A stretch of DNA of 64,000 nt from a virus, in the IMG/VR virus record IMGVR_UViG_3300025141_000063, positions 1 through 64,000 of that record; one strand, given 5' to 3'. The translations under genes and the position numbers were made by a program. Shown piece by piece: positions 34,934-43,915 of this stretch (positions are counted from its first letter, which is position 1; each line of letters opens with the position of its first letter). The notes beneath the pieces are model-generated. The model worked only from the letters and a program-made list of their open reading frames with translations. It had not been told where the DNA came from and searched no databases.

Positions 34934-36249
34934 GTACTTTCCGATCCCGAACCCGCAAGACCCGCAACGCCACCTCCAAGCGCCGTGGAGGCGGGGGCAT
35001 GGCCTTCTTCTCCGACGAGATCCGCTTCAAGTCGGTTCCCGTCAAGACGAGCGGCATCCCGCTGCTCTTCATCGACGCCAAGTACCCGAACCCCCGCGGG
35101 GACGAGGGCGCCTGGGACGACGCGGCCCCCTACTACCTGTTCAAGCAGGGCACGGCGGTCATCAAGGTCCGCGGTGAGTTCAAGGGCATGCGGACCGACT
35201 GCATGCCGGGCACCATCAAGGCCCCCGACGACGAGTACCCCGCCGGCGACCCGCGCTGCTACTACTCGCGGGACGAGTACAAGAACACCCTCTGGAGCGA
35301 GCTCGACAACGATGACCGCATCGGCATTGGCTACAAGCACGCCATCAACGTCCTGGACCTGCGGCCTCACCACGAGGTGGCGAAGACGGACCGCGACGGC
35401 AAGGTGATCAAGAAGCAGAACGGTGACCCCGTCATGCACCGCGTCCCTTACGAGAAGGGTGGAGAGTTCGACGGCGAGCCGGTCGTCTCGGGCCGCCGTG
35501 GCTACTCGGTCTTCGGGCCTCGCCACATCGAGCACACGATGAACCTCGAGCTGCAGGTGGAGGACTTCTGCCGCTCCTGCCGCGAGGGGCTCATCATCCG
35601 CGAGGCGTTCACCTGCCCCAACTGCGACGAGATCATGATCGATCTCACCCAGGCCGGGCTGAACGAGGAGGAGGCCGAGAAGATCTACCAGAACGGCATG
35701 AAGTGCCCCCACTGCAAGAAGCCGGGCCAGTACCCCGAGGAGGTCCTGGGATGCCGCGTGCCGGACGACGAGGGTGACCCCTCCGACGACGTCTGCTGCG
35801 GGGAGCCCAGCCGGGCCTCGCTGTTCGACGTCGTCTGGTACGTCCGCAAGACGGGTGCGGGCACCGACACCGCGCTCGACGCGTACCGGAAGGGCAAGCC
35901 GATCCCCTGGGTCTGGCTGGAGGACTACGACGTCAGCGACGGCGAGGCCCTCATCGAGCGCGACTTCGGGATCACCGAGACGGAGACGGGCCACAAGCCC
36001 GACTACGTCTGGCACCCCGAGATCGCCAAGATGCTGGCGCCCTACGACTTCAGCAAGGTCCGCAACATCGGCGTGCCCGGGCTGAAGAACTGGCAGCTCG
36101 CCGACTTCCTCGGCATCGAGCTGACGGACGACCTGGAGTCGTACAACGACAAGGACAGCAGCGACAATGGGGCAGGCTCCTCCGGGGGTGGCAAGTCCAG
36201 CCGTCGCTCCAGCCGTCGAGGCCCGTCGGGCCCCGGCAGCCGCTACTGA
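34930..36249 (+). CDS. putative single-stranded DNA-binding protein with Zn-ribbon insert
   Basis: Located between primase and polymerase; strong codon bias; followed by a hairpin; CRSC, CPNC, CPHC motifs. Function inferred from context. Confidence 0.45.
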   Translation: MSTFRSRTRKTRNATSKRRGGGGMAFFSDEIRFKSVPVKTSGIPLLFIDAKYPNPRGDEGAWDDAAPYYLFKQGTAVIKVRGEFKGMRTDCMPGTIKAPDDEYPAGDPRCYYSRDEYKNTLWSELDNDDRIGIGYKHAINVLDLRPHHEVAKTDRDGKVIKKQNGDPVMHRVPYEKGGEFDGEPVVSGRRGYSVFGPRHIEHTMNLELQVEDFCRSCREGLIIREAFTCPNCDEIMIDLTQAGLNEEEAEKIYQNGMKCPHCKKPGQYPEEVLGCRVPDDEGDPSDDVCCGEPSRASLFDVVWYVRKTGAGTDTALDAYRKGKPIPWVWLEDYDVSDGEALIERDFGITETETGHKPDYVWHPEIAKMLAPYDFSKVRNIGVPGLKNWQLADFLGIELTDDLESYNDKDSSDNGAGSSGGGKSSRRSSRRGPSGPGSRY

Positions 36250-36270
36250 TCTAATCAACCACTGAGACCT

Positions 36271-36297
36271 CGGGGCCCGCGTCTGCGGGCCCCGTTT
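36271..36297 (+). terminator. intrinsic terminator/attenuator-like hairpin
   Basis: CGGGGCCCGC-GTCT-GCGGGCCCCG-TTT between the SSB-like gene and polA. Confidence 0.6.
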
Positions 36298-36307
36298 GGG
36301 GGGACGC

Positions 36308-38323
36308 ATGCTCCGACCGCCTGCTGAGTACATCGACACCGAAGAGAAGGCCGCCAAGGTCCTCCGCTACCTGATGAAGCAGCGCCGCGTCGGAGTAGAC
36401 ACCGAGACCACCGGGCTCCAGATCCACAAGGACATCGTCCTGTTCTGGGGCCTCGCGACGATGGATCGTCGCTTCTGCATTCTGGGGGACCTGCTCCCCT
36501 TCTTCTCGCCCCTCTTCACGGCGCCGAACACCCAGAAGGTGTTCACCAACGCCAAGTACGATCGGCACATCATCGCCAACAGCGGGGGCGGGGGCTTCGC
36601 CGGCAACATCGTCTGCACCCTGGTCCTGGACTGGCTCCTCGACGAGAACCGCCGGAGCCACGGCCTCAAGCAGTGCATCAAGGACCATTTCGGCGAGCCG
36701 ATGCCCGCCTTCAAGGACGTCTTCGGTAAGGCAGTGCGTGCGGAGAACCAAGCGGGCGAGATGATGGCGATGCTGCACTCGGACTCGGAGTCCGAGCGGC
36801 AGAAGGCCATCGAGTACACCAGCCGCGACCCGTGGGAGTCCCTGCGCCTCGGCAACTACCTGCTGGGCGAACTCGAAAAACAGCCCATCGACGACTCCGG
36901 CTACAACCTCGCCGACCACTACTGGGAGGTCGAGGAGCCCTTCGGCCAAGTCCTCTGGAACATGGAACGCCGCGGTGTGATGGTCAACACCGACTACCTG
37001 GAGGAGATCGCTCCCGGCATCGAGCAGCAGGTGGAGAAGATCGAGCGGAAGTTCAACCGAGCGGCGGGCCGCGTGCTGAATCTCAACAGCACCCCGCAGC
37101 TGCGTGAGCTCTTCTTCGAGCAGCTGGGCGTAATGCCCACGAAGTTCGGGAAGCCGCACGCAGCCACCGGCAAGGTCACCCCCTCCTGCGACAAGGAGGT
37201 CCTGGGGGCGTGGGCCGAGGGAGATATCGCCTTCTGGGATGGCCAGAGGGAGGTTGCCGGGGACGAAGAGGATGTTCACTACGTCCAGGACCTCGCCGAC
37301 TCCCTGCAGGAGCACCGCGGGCTGACAAAGTTCCTGGGCACCTACGTGCGTGGGCTCGAGACCCACGCCGACGAAAACTTCCGCATCCACTGCACGATCA
37401 ACCAGCACATCGCGCGCACCGGGAGGATCACCGCCAGCAAGCCCAACCTGACCAACATCCCCACGCTGCGCAACGACCGCTTCGGCATCCGCTACGCCTT
37501 CATCGCTGATGGAGGCAGGTCCCTGGGTGTGTGGGACTACAAGACGCTTGAGATGAGGGTCATGGCCCACTTCTCCGGCGACAAGGCCATGCGCGGGGCC
37601 ATCCGCAAGAAGGTGGACCTGCACGGGTTCACCGTCAGCGAGATGGGGATGGGCTACTCCATCGAGGAGGTCGCAGCCGCCAAGGCCAAGGACGACGAGG
37701 GGCTGCCCCTATCCGAGAGGGAGACGGACATCCTCCGGCAGCGCGTAGGCTCTAAGGCCGTGGGCTTCGGGCTCATCTACGGCATCGGGGAGGTCAAGCT
37801 CGGGCGCCAGCTCGGGCTGCCCATCGTGGTGCGTGTGGACAAGAAGGGAAGGAAGCGGGAGACCTGCCCGGAAGCGAAGAAGCTGATCGGCAAGTACTTC
37901 GGCGTCTTCCCGGGCGTGAAGAAGTTCATCCGCGACACGAAGGCCTGGGTCCACAGCGAGGGCTACGTCCAGACCTACCTGGGCCGGTTCCGCCGACTGC
38001 CCACCATCTTCTCCGGCAACCGGCAGCTGTCGACTCAGGCAGAGCGCCAGTCGGTCAACACCATCATCCAGGGAAGTGCGGCAGACATCGTGAAGATGGC
38101 GATGATCAAGTGCGAGAATGACCCGGACCTGCAGGCAGCGGATGCGCGGATGCTTCTGCAGATCCACGATGAGCTGATGTTCAGCGTCCCCGACCACGAA
38201 GACATCAAGCGGGACGTGCAGGAGAGAGTCAACCACCACATGGAACACCCCTTTGACGAGCCGCTGGCGGTGGACCTTCCGGTCTCGGGCGGCTACGCGA
38301 CGAGCTGGGGAGAGGCTAAATAG
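36308..38323 (+). CDS. polA: family A DNA polymerase with 3'-5' exonuclease
   Basis: ExoI VDTETTGL, ExoII NAKYD, TGRIT.SKPNLTNIP, motif A DYKTLEMR, motif B KAVGFGLIYG, motif C QIHDELMF; no 5'-3' exonuclease domain. Confidence 0.95.
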   Translation: MLRPPAEYIDTEEKAAKVLRYLMKQRRVGVDTETTGLQIHKDIVLFWGLATMDRRFCILGDLLPFFSPLFTAPNTQKVFTNAKYDRHIIANSGGGGFAGNIVCTLVLDWLLDENRRSHGLKQCIKDHFGEPMPAFKDVFGKAVRAENQAGEMMAMLHSDSESERQKAIEYTSRDPWESLRLGNYLLGELEKQPIDDSGYNLADHYWEVEEPFGQVLWNMERRGVMVNTDYLEEIAPGIEQQVEKIERKFNRAAGRVLNLNSTPQLRELFFEQLGVMPTKFGKPHAATGKVTPSCDKEVLGAWAEGDIAFWDGQREVAGDEEDVHYVQDLADSLQEHRGLTKFLGTYVRGLETHADENFRIHCTINQHIARTGRITASKPNLTNIPTLRNDRFGIRYAFIADGGRSLGVWDYKTLEMRVMAHFSGDKAMRGAIRKKVDLHGFTVSEMGMGYSIEEVAAAKAKDDEGLPLSERETDILRQRVGSKAVGFGLIYGIGEVKLGRQLGLPIVVRVDKKGRKRETCPEAKKLIGKYFGVFPGVKKFIRDTKAWVHSEGYVQTYLGRFRRLPTIFSGNRQLSTQAERQSVNTIIQGSAADIVKMAMIKCENDPDLQAADARMLLQIHDELMFSVPDHEDIKRDVQERVNHHMEHPFDEPLAVDLPVSGGYATSWGEAK

Positions 38324-38326
38324 GAA

Positions 38327-38566
38327 ATGACCAACGACAAACTCCAACAGAAGCTCGACGCACTGACCGTCGACGACCTCGTACGTGAGGAAATCATCAA
38401 CGCGCCCATTCGAGACCTGCTCTTCATGGAGATCCTCGCTACCGGGGAGACCCCTTGGGCCGCCCTGATGCGGAAGGGGTGGAAGCACGCAATCGAGTCG
38501 CCGCTGGAGGCTCGATTGCGTGCGGAAACAGCAAGCGCTGGCGGAGGCTTGGATGACGAAGACTGA
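38327..38566 (+). CDS. hypothetical protein
   Basis: 79-aa ORF within the operon. Confidence 0.55.
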   Translation: MTNDKLQQKLDALTVDDLVREEIINAPIRDLLFMEILATGETPWAALMRKGWKHAIESPLEARLRAETASAGGGLDDED

Positions 38567-38855
38567 GCTGATCGAGAGGGCCGCCGCCCGCTGGGATGGC
38601 GGCGGCCTGAAGATGCTGAAAACTGACCAGAAGACCCTCGTCTCGGACATTCTGGGGTGTATACTCGACGAGGTCGAGGGTGCCCTGCGAGACAAGATCG
38701 AGGTGAAGATCGAAGGCTTCGGGACACTGAAGCCGACGTTCCAGAAGAGGCGCTCCCGCCACAACATCCAGACCGGGGAGACCGACGTCCATGAGGCGCA
38801 CTACGCCCTTCGGTTCCGCCCGTCCAAGCGTCTGCGCGACGCACTGAAGGAGTGA
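38553..38855 (+). CDS. HU/IHF-like DNA-binding protein
   Basis: MTKTELIE..., VKIEGFGTL, RHNIQTGE, LRFRPSKRLRDALK; GGAGG RBS. Confidence 0.85.
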   Translation: MTKTELIERAAARWDGGGLKMLKTDQKTLVSDILGCILDEVEGALRDKIEVKIEGFGTLKPTFQKRRSRHNIQTGETDVHEAHYALRFRPSKRLRDALKE

Positions 38856-38857
38856 TC

Positions 38858-39022
38858 ATGGAGAAGTACGGCGTTGTGACCAGCAAGCCGAAGCCCGGTG
38901 AGAAGACCGCGGCCAAGAACGACCAGGAGAAGCGCGGCTCGAACGTGCCGATCTCCGACACCCACGGCACCGAGCCCTGGGAGTCCCCGCCCCCGCTGAA
39001 GAAGCCCTCCCCCAAGAAGTAG
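38858..39022 (+). CDS. 54-aa peptide carrying an EKTAA motif
   Basis: AAGGAG RBS; MEKYGVVTSKPKPGEKTAAKNDQEKRGSNVPISDTHGTEPWESPPPLKKPSPKK. Confidence 0.65.
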   Translation: MEKYGVVTSKPKPGEKTAAKNDQEKRGSNVPISDTHGTEPWESPPPLKKPSPKK

Positions 39023-39078
39023 ACCTCCTCTCACGAGGAGCCATGACGAGCCTGTCACGCAGGCTCGAAGGGACCCCT

Positions 39079-40302
39079 ATGGCCACGAAGAAGAGAAAGA
39101 CCGCCACCCGTGGCGGAGGACCCACCCGTCTGGAGCGCCGCCAGGCCTTCCAGGCCCACATCAAGAAGGAGTACAAGGACACCGGCCTGATCATGCGGGG
39201 CGACGAGTACGAGGCCCCCTTCATGGTGCGCCGCATCCCCACGGGCATCCTCGAGCTGGACCTTGCCCTGAACGGAGGCTTCCCCTGCGGAGGCGTCTCC
39301 GAGATCATCGGTGCCGAGTCGTCGGGCAAGACCACCCTGCTCAACCAGGTCTTCAGCTACCAGCAGCAGATCCTCGGCAAGGACGCGATGCTGGGCATCG
39401 CCATGACGGAGCAGCCCTTCGACAAGGGGCACGCGAAGTTCAACTGCGGCGTCAACATCGCCATCCACCCCAAGGAGATCGACGCCATCGAGGCGACCCT
39501 CAAGCGGAAGCTCACCAAGGAAGAGAGCGCGATCATGGGCAGCCAGACCGGGGAGTTCGATGAGTTCGCTGCGGGCACGGTCGAGGCGCTGTACGACATG
39601 CTCCTCGACGCCGTGGCGTCGCGCACCTACCACGTCCTCGGCCTGGACTCCTGGGGCTCCATCCTCACGGAGGCCGAAGAGGGCTCCAACATGCAGGACA
39701 AGATGTACGCCGGCGGTGGAGGGGCGAACGTCAACGCCTCCTGGGCACGGCGACTGTCCCCCGAGTTCGTGGTCCCCAAGGACGGGAACCGCAACTACAC
39801 AGCGCTCATCGGGATCAACCAGTACCGGATGAAGATGAACGCCAACCCGAAGGCGGGGGCCATGAAGCAGATGAGCGTGCAGGGCGGCTACGCCCTGAAG
39901 CACATCAAGCTGGTCTCCATCTTCTTGGAGTCGTTCGACCTCTGGGAGGAGACGAGCGGGAAGCGGAAGCGGGTCGGTAAGAAGATCAAGTGGACCGTGA
40001 TGAAGGGCAAGGCCGGCTGCCACGACGGCGGCACGGGCGAGTACGAGATTCGCTACGGCGTCGGCATCGACATCCTGCGCGAGCACCTGATGGCCGGGCT
40101 CCTGCGGGGCCTCATCGTCAGCAAGGGCTCCTGGTACTACCTGATGGACCCCTCGGACGACTCCGAGATCTTCAAGGCCCAAGGCAAGGACGCCTTCCTC
40201 GCCCTGCTCAAGAATGAGGACGGCGCCCTGGAATGGCTCCGTGATTCCGTCATCGACTACGAGGTTCGTGAGAACGGGGCCTCCTTCATCCCGCCCCGAT
40301 GA
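39079..40302 (+). CDS. recA: RecA/UvsX-like recombinase (alternative start 39043)
   Basis: IPTGILELDLALNGGFPCG, EIIGAESSGKTT, LDSWG, INQYR, GGYALKH. Confidence 0.9.
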   Translation: MATKKRKTATRGGGPTRLERRQAFQAHIKKEYKDTGLIMRGDEYEAPFMVRRIPTGILELDLALNGGFPCGGVSEIIGAESSGKTTLLNQVFSYQQQILGKDAMLGIAMTEQPFDKGHAKFNCGVNIAIHPKEIDAIEATLKRKLTKEESAIMGSQTGEFDEFAAGTVEALYDMLLDAVASRTYHVLGLDSWGSILTEAEEGSNMQDKMYAGGGGANVNASWARRLSPEFVVPKDGNRNYTALIGINQYRMKMNANPKAGAMKQMSVQGGYALKHIKLVSIFLESFDLWEETSGKRKRVGKKIKWTVMKGKAGCHDGGTGEYEIRYGVGIDILREHLMAGLLRGLIVSKGSWYYLMDPSDDSEIFKAQGKDAFLALLKNEDGALEWLRDSVIDYEVRENGASFIPPR

Positions 40303-40496
40303 CCTGGGTCCTGCTACCGCTCTCCCTCGTGGGAGTGCTGATCTGGTGGTACCGCACCCGTCGTGGCGATCTCATCCCTTCCGACTCCCGCGCCCAAGGA
40401 AGGTACTGCCCCGTCTGCGGGGCAGTACCCGGGCAGCTGTGTCACCGCAACGGCATCACCCTGGTCATTCAGATGCACCGAGGAAGACTTCCATGA
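40299..40496 (+). CDS. small membrane-anchored Zn-finger protein
   Basis: Hydrophobic N-terminus, then CPVCGAVPGQLC...H. Confidence 0.55.
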   Translation: MTWVLLPLSLVGVLIWWYRTRRGDLIPSDSRAQGRYCPVCGAVPGQLCHRNGITLVIQMHRGRLP

Positions 40497-40945
40497 CAAA
40501 GCTGTACCTGCGGGTCTACGGAGGCGACTGGTTCACCGGCTTCGCGGTCGTAGACCTCCCCCCGGAGTACCTGGCCACCCTCGCGCGTCGACAGGTGGTG
40601 TGCGATGCGGTTCGCGAAGAGGACTCCGAGCTCTACCGCCTGCTCTTCTGGGACGGCTCCCCCGACATCTACGAGGGCGACCCCTTCGAGGGAGGGGAGC
40701 AGGCAGCTGTTCCCGCGCGAGTGGAGCTGCAGATGTGCGCGATAGACGTGCGCGGCGGCCTCTACTGGAGCTGGCTGATCAAGCACACGTCTCAGACGAT
40801 GACCACGGAGTCCCTGACAATCCCTGCGCTGCAGGACACCGAGCTCAACGACCCCGGCTTCTGGGTCTCCCCGGAGCTCCTGGAATGCTTCGACCCCGAA
40901 GAAGACGGGATAAGCGGAGCAACCCCCTACCTGGAGCGGCAATGA
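40493..40945 (+). CDS. hypothetical protein
   Basis: Coupled ORF (ATGA overlaps at both ends). Confidence 0.6.
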   Translation: MTKLYLRVYGGDWFTGFAVVDLPPEYLATLARRQVVCDAVREEDSELYRLLFWDGSPDIYEGDPFEGGEQAAVPARVELQMCAIDVRGGLYWSWLIKHTSQTMTTESLTIPALQDTELNDPGFWVSPELLECFDPEEDGISGATPYLERQ

Positions 40946-41475
40946 CCGATCAGACCCACCCCTATCCCGGCGTCGACCTGCTGGTCCTCGACCTGGACCA
41001 GACGGTTCGCGGGAACCGCGCGGCCAACTGGCGTCCCCCCAACCACACCGGAGAGCAATTCATCTACCCCGGCATCGCCAAGATCCTGGCGCTGTACGTC
41101 GAGGCTGGCGTCCCCGTCCGCTTCGCTACCAACCAGGGCGGCATCCAAGCGGGGCACTCCACCGTGGAGAAGACCGAGGAGGTCCTCGACGAGACGATGA
41201 CCCTCCTCAACGGGGAGATCGGTGAGGACCTGTTCAGCCTCGAGGACGTGAAGTACTGCCCCTCCACCGACCGGAGCCACGCCGACCGGAAGCCCAACGG
41301 AGGGATGCTGGACGACTGGGTCGAGGAGGAGGACATCCGGCAGGGCCACGACAACTGCCTGTACGTCGGGGACCGGGAGACCGACCGGCAGGCCGCCATG
41401 AACGCGGGCTACGACTTCATGTGGGCCTGGGACTTCTGCGACGGCGTTCCCGTCCGGCCGGAGAAGAAGCGATGA
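40942..41475 (+). CDS. HAD-IIIA phosphatase (GmhB/polynucleotide 3'-phosphatase-like)
   Basis: LDLDQT, TNQGGI, RKPNGGM, YVGDRETDRQAA. Confidence 0.85.
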   Translation: MTDQTHPYPGVDLLVLDLDQTVRGNRAANWRPPNHTGEQFIYPGIAKILALYVEAGVPVRFATNQGGIQAGHSTVEKTEEVLDETMTLLNGEIGEDLFSLEDVKYCPSTDRSHADRKPNGGMLDDWVEEEDIRQGHDNCLYVGDRETDRQAAMNAGYDFMWAWDFCDGVPVRPEKKR

Positions 41476-42029
41476 GGGAGGTCTACGTCAGCGTCGACGT
41501 GGAGGCGGACGGCCCCATCCCGGGGCCGTTCTCCCTCCTCTCCCTGGGGGCCGCGGCTTTCCTGCCCGGGAACCCGGCCCCCGTGTCCACCTTCAAGGAG
41601 AACCTGGAGGATCTCCCGGGGGCTTGCCAGGACCCGAAGACCATGAAGTGGTGGGAGGGGCAGCAGGAGGCATGGGAAGCCTCCCGAAGCGACTTGCAGG
41701 ACCCCTCCAAGGTCATGCACCGGTTCGCCCACTGGCTGGGCAACCTCGAGGGCAGGCCGGTGTTCGTGGGCTACCCCGCAGGGTACGACTTCACCTTCGT
41801 CCACTGGTACCTGGTCAACTTCACGGGCAGCGACCCCTTCGGGTTCTCGGCCCTCGACATCAAGACCATGGCTTACACCATGCTGGGGCTGCCGTTCCGA
41901 CAGACCGCGAAGAGGCGGATGCCGGAGCGATGGTTCGAGGGCGGGCCCGCGCACACCCACGACGCTCTCCAGGATGCCATCGGGCAAGGCGTGCTCTTCA
42001 TCAACATGCTGAAGGAGTTACGCGGATGA
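41472..42029 (+). CDS. DEDDh 3'-5' exonuclease
   Basis: VSVDVEADGP, GYDF, LDIKT, HDALQDA. Confidence 0.85.
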   Translation: MREVYVSVDVEADGPIPGPFSLLSLGAAAFLPGNPAPVSTFKENLEDLPGACQDPKTMKWWEGQQEAWEASRSDLQDPSKVMHRFAHWLGNLEGRPVFVGYPAGYDFTFVHWYLVNFTGSDPFGFSALDIKTMAYTMLGLPFRQTAKRRMPERWFEGGPAHTHDALQDAIGQGVLFINMLKELRG

Positions 42030-42532
42030 AAGCCTGCCCCAACTGCGGCGACAACTCCTGGCAGCCCTTCCTGGGGATGACCCGCAAGCTCCAGTGCCGG
42101 GGCTGCAAGAACGTCATCCCCAGAAAGGAACTCGTCGTCAAGGGAGAAGGTCGCCGCAGCCAGGGCAGGGGCCAGGCGAAGAAGCGGATCCGCCGGAGTG
42201 CGAAGAACGAGCTCCGGCGGGCCGCTGCAATCGGGGGTGGCACTACCCCCGGCTCCGGCAACCGCGGCGCCTTGTCCATCTCTGCCGACGTGTTCGTGAA
42301 AGACACGCTCCGTGAGGAGGATAAGGAGACCGAGGCCAAGAGCTACACGCTTCGTCTGGCAGACCTTCTCAAGGTCGCGCGTCAGGCAGCGGCGAACGGG
42401 GAGATGCCTGCCCTCCGAGTTCAGTTCCTTCGGGAGCGCCAGCGCCACTCGTACGTGGTGCTTAGGGAAGAAGACTTCGACCAGCTACTGGTCCTACTGA
42501 GGAGAGAAGTTGAAGGTTCACACACTGGATGA
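42026..42532 (+). CDS. Zn-ribbon + PD-(D/E)XK Hjc-like endonuclease/resolvase
   Basis: CPNC...CRGC; E...GG..TPGSG...ADV...EDK.T.AKS pattern. Confidence 0.55.
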   Translation: MKACPNCGDNSWQPFLGMTRKLQCRGCKNVIPRKELVVKGEGRRSQGRGQAKKRIRRSAKNELRRAAAIGGGTTPGSGNRGALSISADVFVKDTLREEDKETEAKSYTLRLADLLKVARQAAANGEMPALRVQFLRERQRHSYVVLREEDFDQLLVLLRREVEGSHTG

Positions 42533-43340
42533 CGCGAAGAAGGTCGGCCCCGCCGTTGCGCTGGGGCTGTTCAAGACCTTCTCCTTCCGCAGCGATCTGC
42601 TGAAGTACATGAAGGAGTTCCGCAACCGGCGGAGCGGAGACAGGACCACCAAGTCCTTCCCCTGCGGCCCCTGCGAGGGCACAGGGATGATGCACGAGCA
42701 CCCGCGCTCCGTGGACGTGTTCCACCCCTCGAGCTTCGGCCCCTACGGCTGTCGCCAGCGGTTGTGGTTCGACCTCTACGGGACGGTGGAGGAGATCAGC
42801 ATCCACGACCCCGAGCTCCTGCTCATCTTCGACGTGGGACACCAGCTGCACGACATGCTGCAGACCTACGCCGAGCGGATGTACGGAGACGACTTCGAGC
42901 GGGAGGTGCGGGCCAAGGACGCTGACGGCCTCATCTCGGGGTCGGCGGACGGTCGCTGGACCTTCCCCAAGCTCCGAGTCATCCAGGAGATCAAGACGAT
43001 CAACCGGAAGGGGTTTGAGGGGCTGTCGAAGCCGAAGCCTGAGCACATGTGGCAGGCGATGACCTACGCCAAGATGCTGGACATCCCCTTCATCCTCTTC
43101 GTCTACATCTGCAAGGACAACTCGCAGATCGTGGAGTACCACGTGCTGTTCGACGAGGAGATCTGGGCCGACGTCGAAGCCTTCCTGGACTCCGTGCTCG
43201 ACTGCCCCGACGAAGAGGGCCCCGGAGCCATCAACGCCATGGGCAAGGTCGTGAACAAGTTCACCTGCAAGGGGTGCGGCTACTCCCACGGCTGCAAGTT
43301 CAGCCAGTTCAGCCCGCCCCGGAGGAGGAAGACGCGATGA
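42510..43340 (+). CDS. Cas4/RecB-like PD-(D/E)XK exonuclease
   Basis: HPSS...CRQR, GHQLH, SGSADG, QEIKT, QAMTY, CKGC..SHGC (Fe-S). Confidence 0.85.
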   Translation: MKVHTLDDAKKVGPAVALGLFKTFSFRSDLLKYMKEFRNRRSGDRTTKSFPCGPCEGTGMMHEHPRSVDVFHPSSFGPYGCRQRLWFDLYGTVEEISIHDPELLLIFDVGHQLHDMLQTYAERMYGDDFEREVRAKDADGLISGSADGRWTFPKLRVIQEIKTINRKGFEGLSKPKPEHMWQAMTYAKMLDIPFILFVYICKDNSQIVEYHVLFDEEIWADVEAFLDSVLDCPDEEGPGAINAMGKVVNKFTCKGCGYSHGCKFSQFSPPRRRKTR

Positions 43341-43915
43341 GTGCACGACGTGGCACTGGCCGGCGCCTGAAGACTGACATGGAGGAGAAACACGAAGATG
43401 CCGCCAAGCTGTACGCCTCGGCCTACGACGAGGGGGTCACCGAACTGGAGAACCGCGGGGTCGACCTGTCTGTAGAGGCCCCGACGCAGGACTTCACGGG
43501 CTCCATCCCCACCAACCTCCCGGACCTCGACTCGCGAGAGCTGGGAGACTTGCTGGGGCAGTGCACCGAGTGGTTCAACTACGTCTCCCGGCTGATGGCG
43601 CTCGTCGACGCGAAGCGCACCACGCTGGACCAGGCGCTGCGGACCGCCGAGGCAGAGGTGCGGAGAGAACTGACCCGGAGTTCGGAGACGAAGAAGTACG
43701 AGAAGGACGACATGGTCCGCCTCGACACTCGAGTCGTGGCTCTGCGCTACGAGTACCTGCGCGCCGAGGTCCAGCACATCCTGCTGAGCCGGAGCATCGT
43801 GCCTTCCTCCGAGAAGGGGTACTCCGCGGTGAGCCGTGAGGTGAGTCGGCGGGACCAGGAGCAGCACCAGCACACCCGAGGCGGTGCCGTGGGCCGGCGG
43901 CGTAAGCAGCGCTGA
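43337..43915 (+). CDS. coiled-coil protein, possibly a UvsY-like recombination mediator
   Basis: Helical pattern ending SREVSRR; recombination gene neighbourhood. Confidence 0.4.
   Translation: MSARRGTGRRLKTDMEEKHEDAAKLYASAYDEGVTELENRGVDLSVEAPTQDFTGSIPTNLPDLDSRELGDLLGQCTEWFNYVSRLMALVDAKRTTLDQALRTAEAEVRRELTRSSETKKYEKDDMVRLDTRVVALRYEYLRAEVQHILLSRSIVPSSEKGYSAVSREVSRRDQEQHQHTRGGAVGRRRKQR

Noticed and set aside
42318-42326. Other GATAAG hits (42320 plus strand; ~14785 and ~20105 minus strand)
   Set aside because: They are in-frame Asp-Lys codons inside genes, lack the CGG prefix and are not near start codons.
42510-43340. Cas4-like gene as evidence of CRISPR-Cas
   Set aside because: No repeat-spacer array or other cas genes; stand-alone Cas4-like nucleases are common in phage replication modules.
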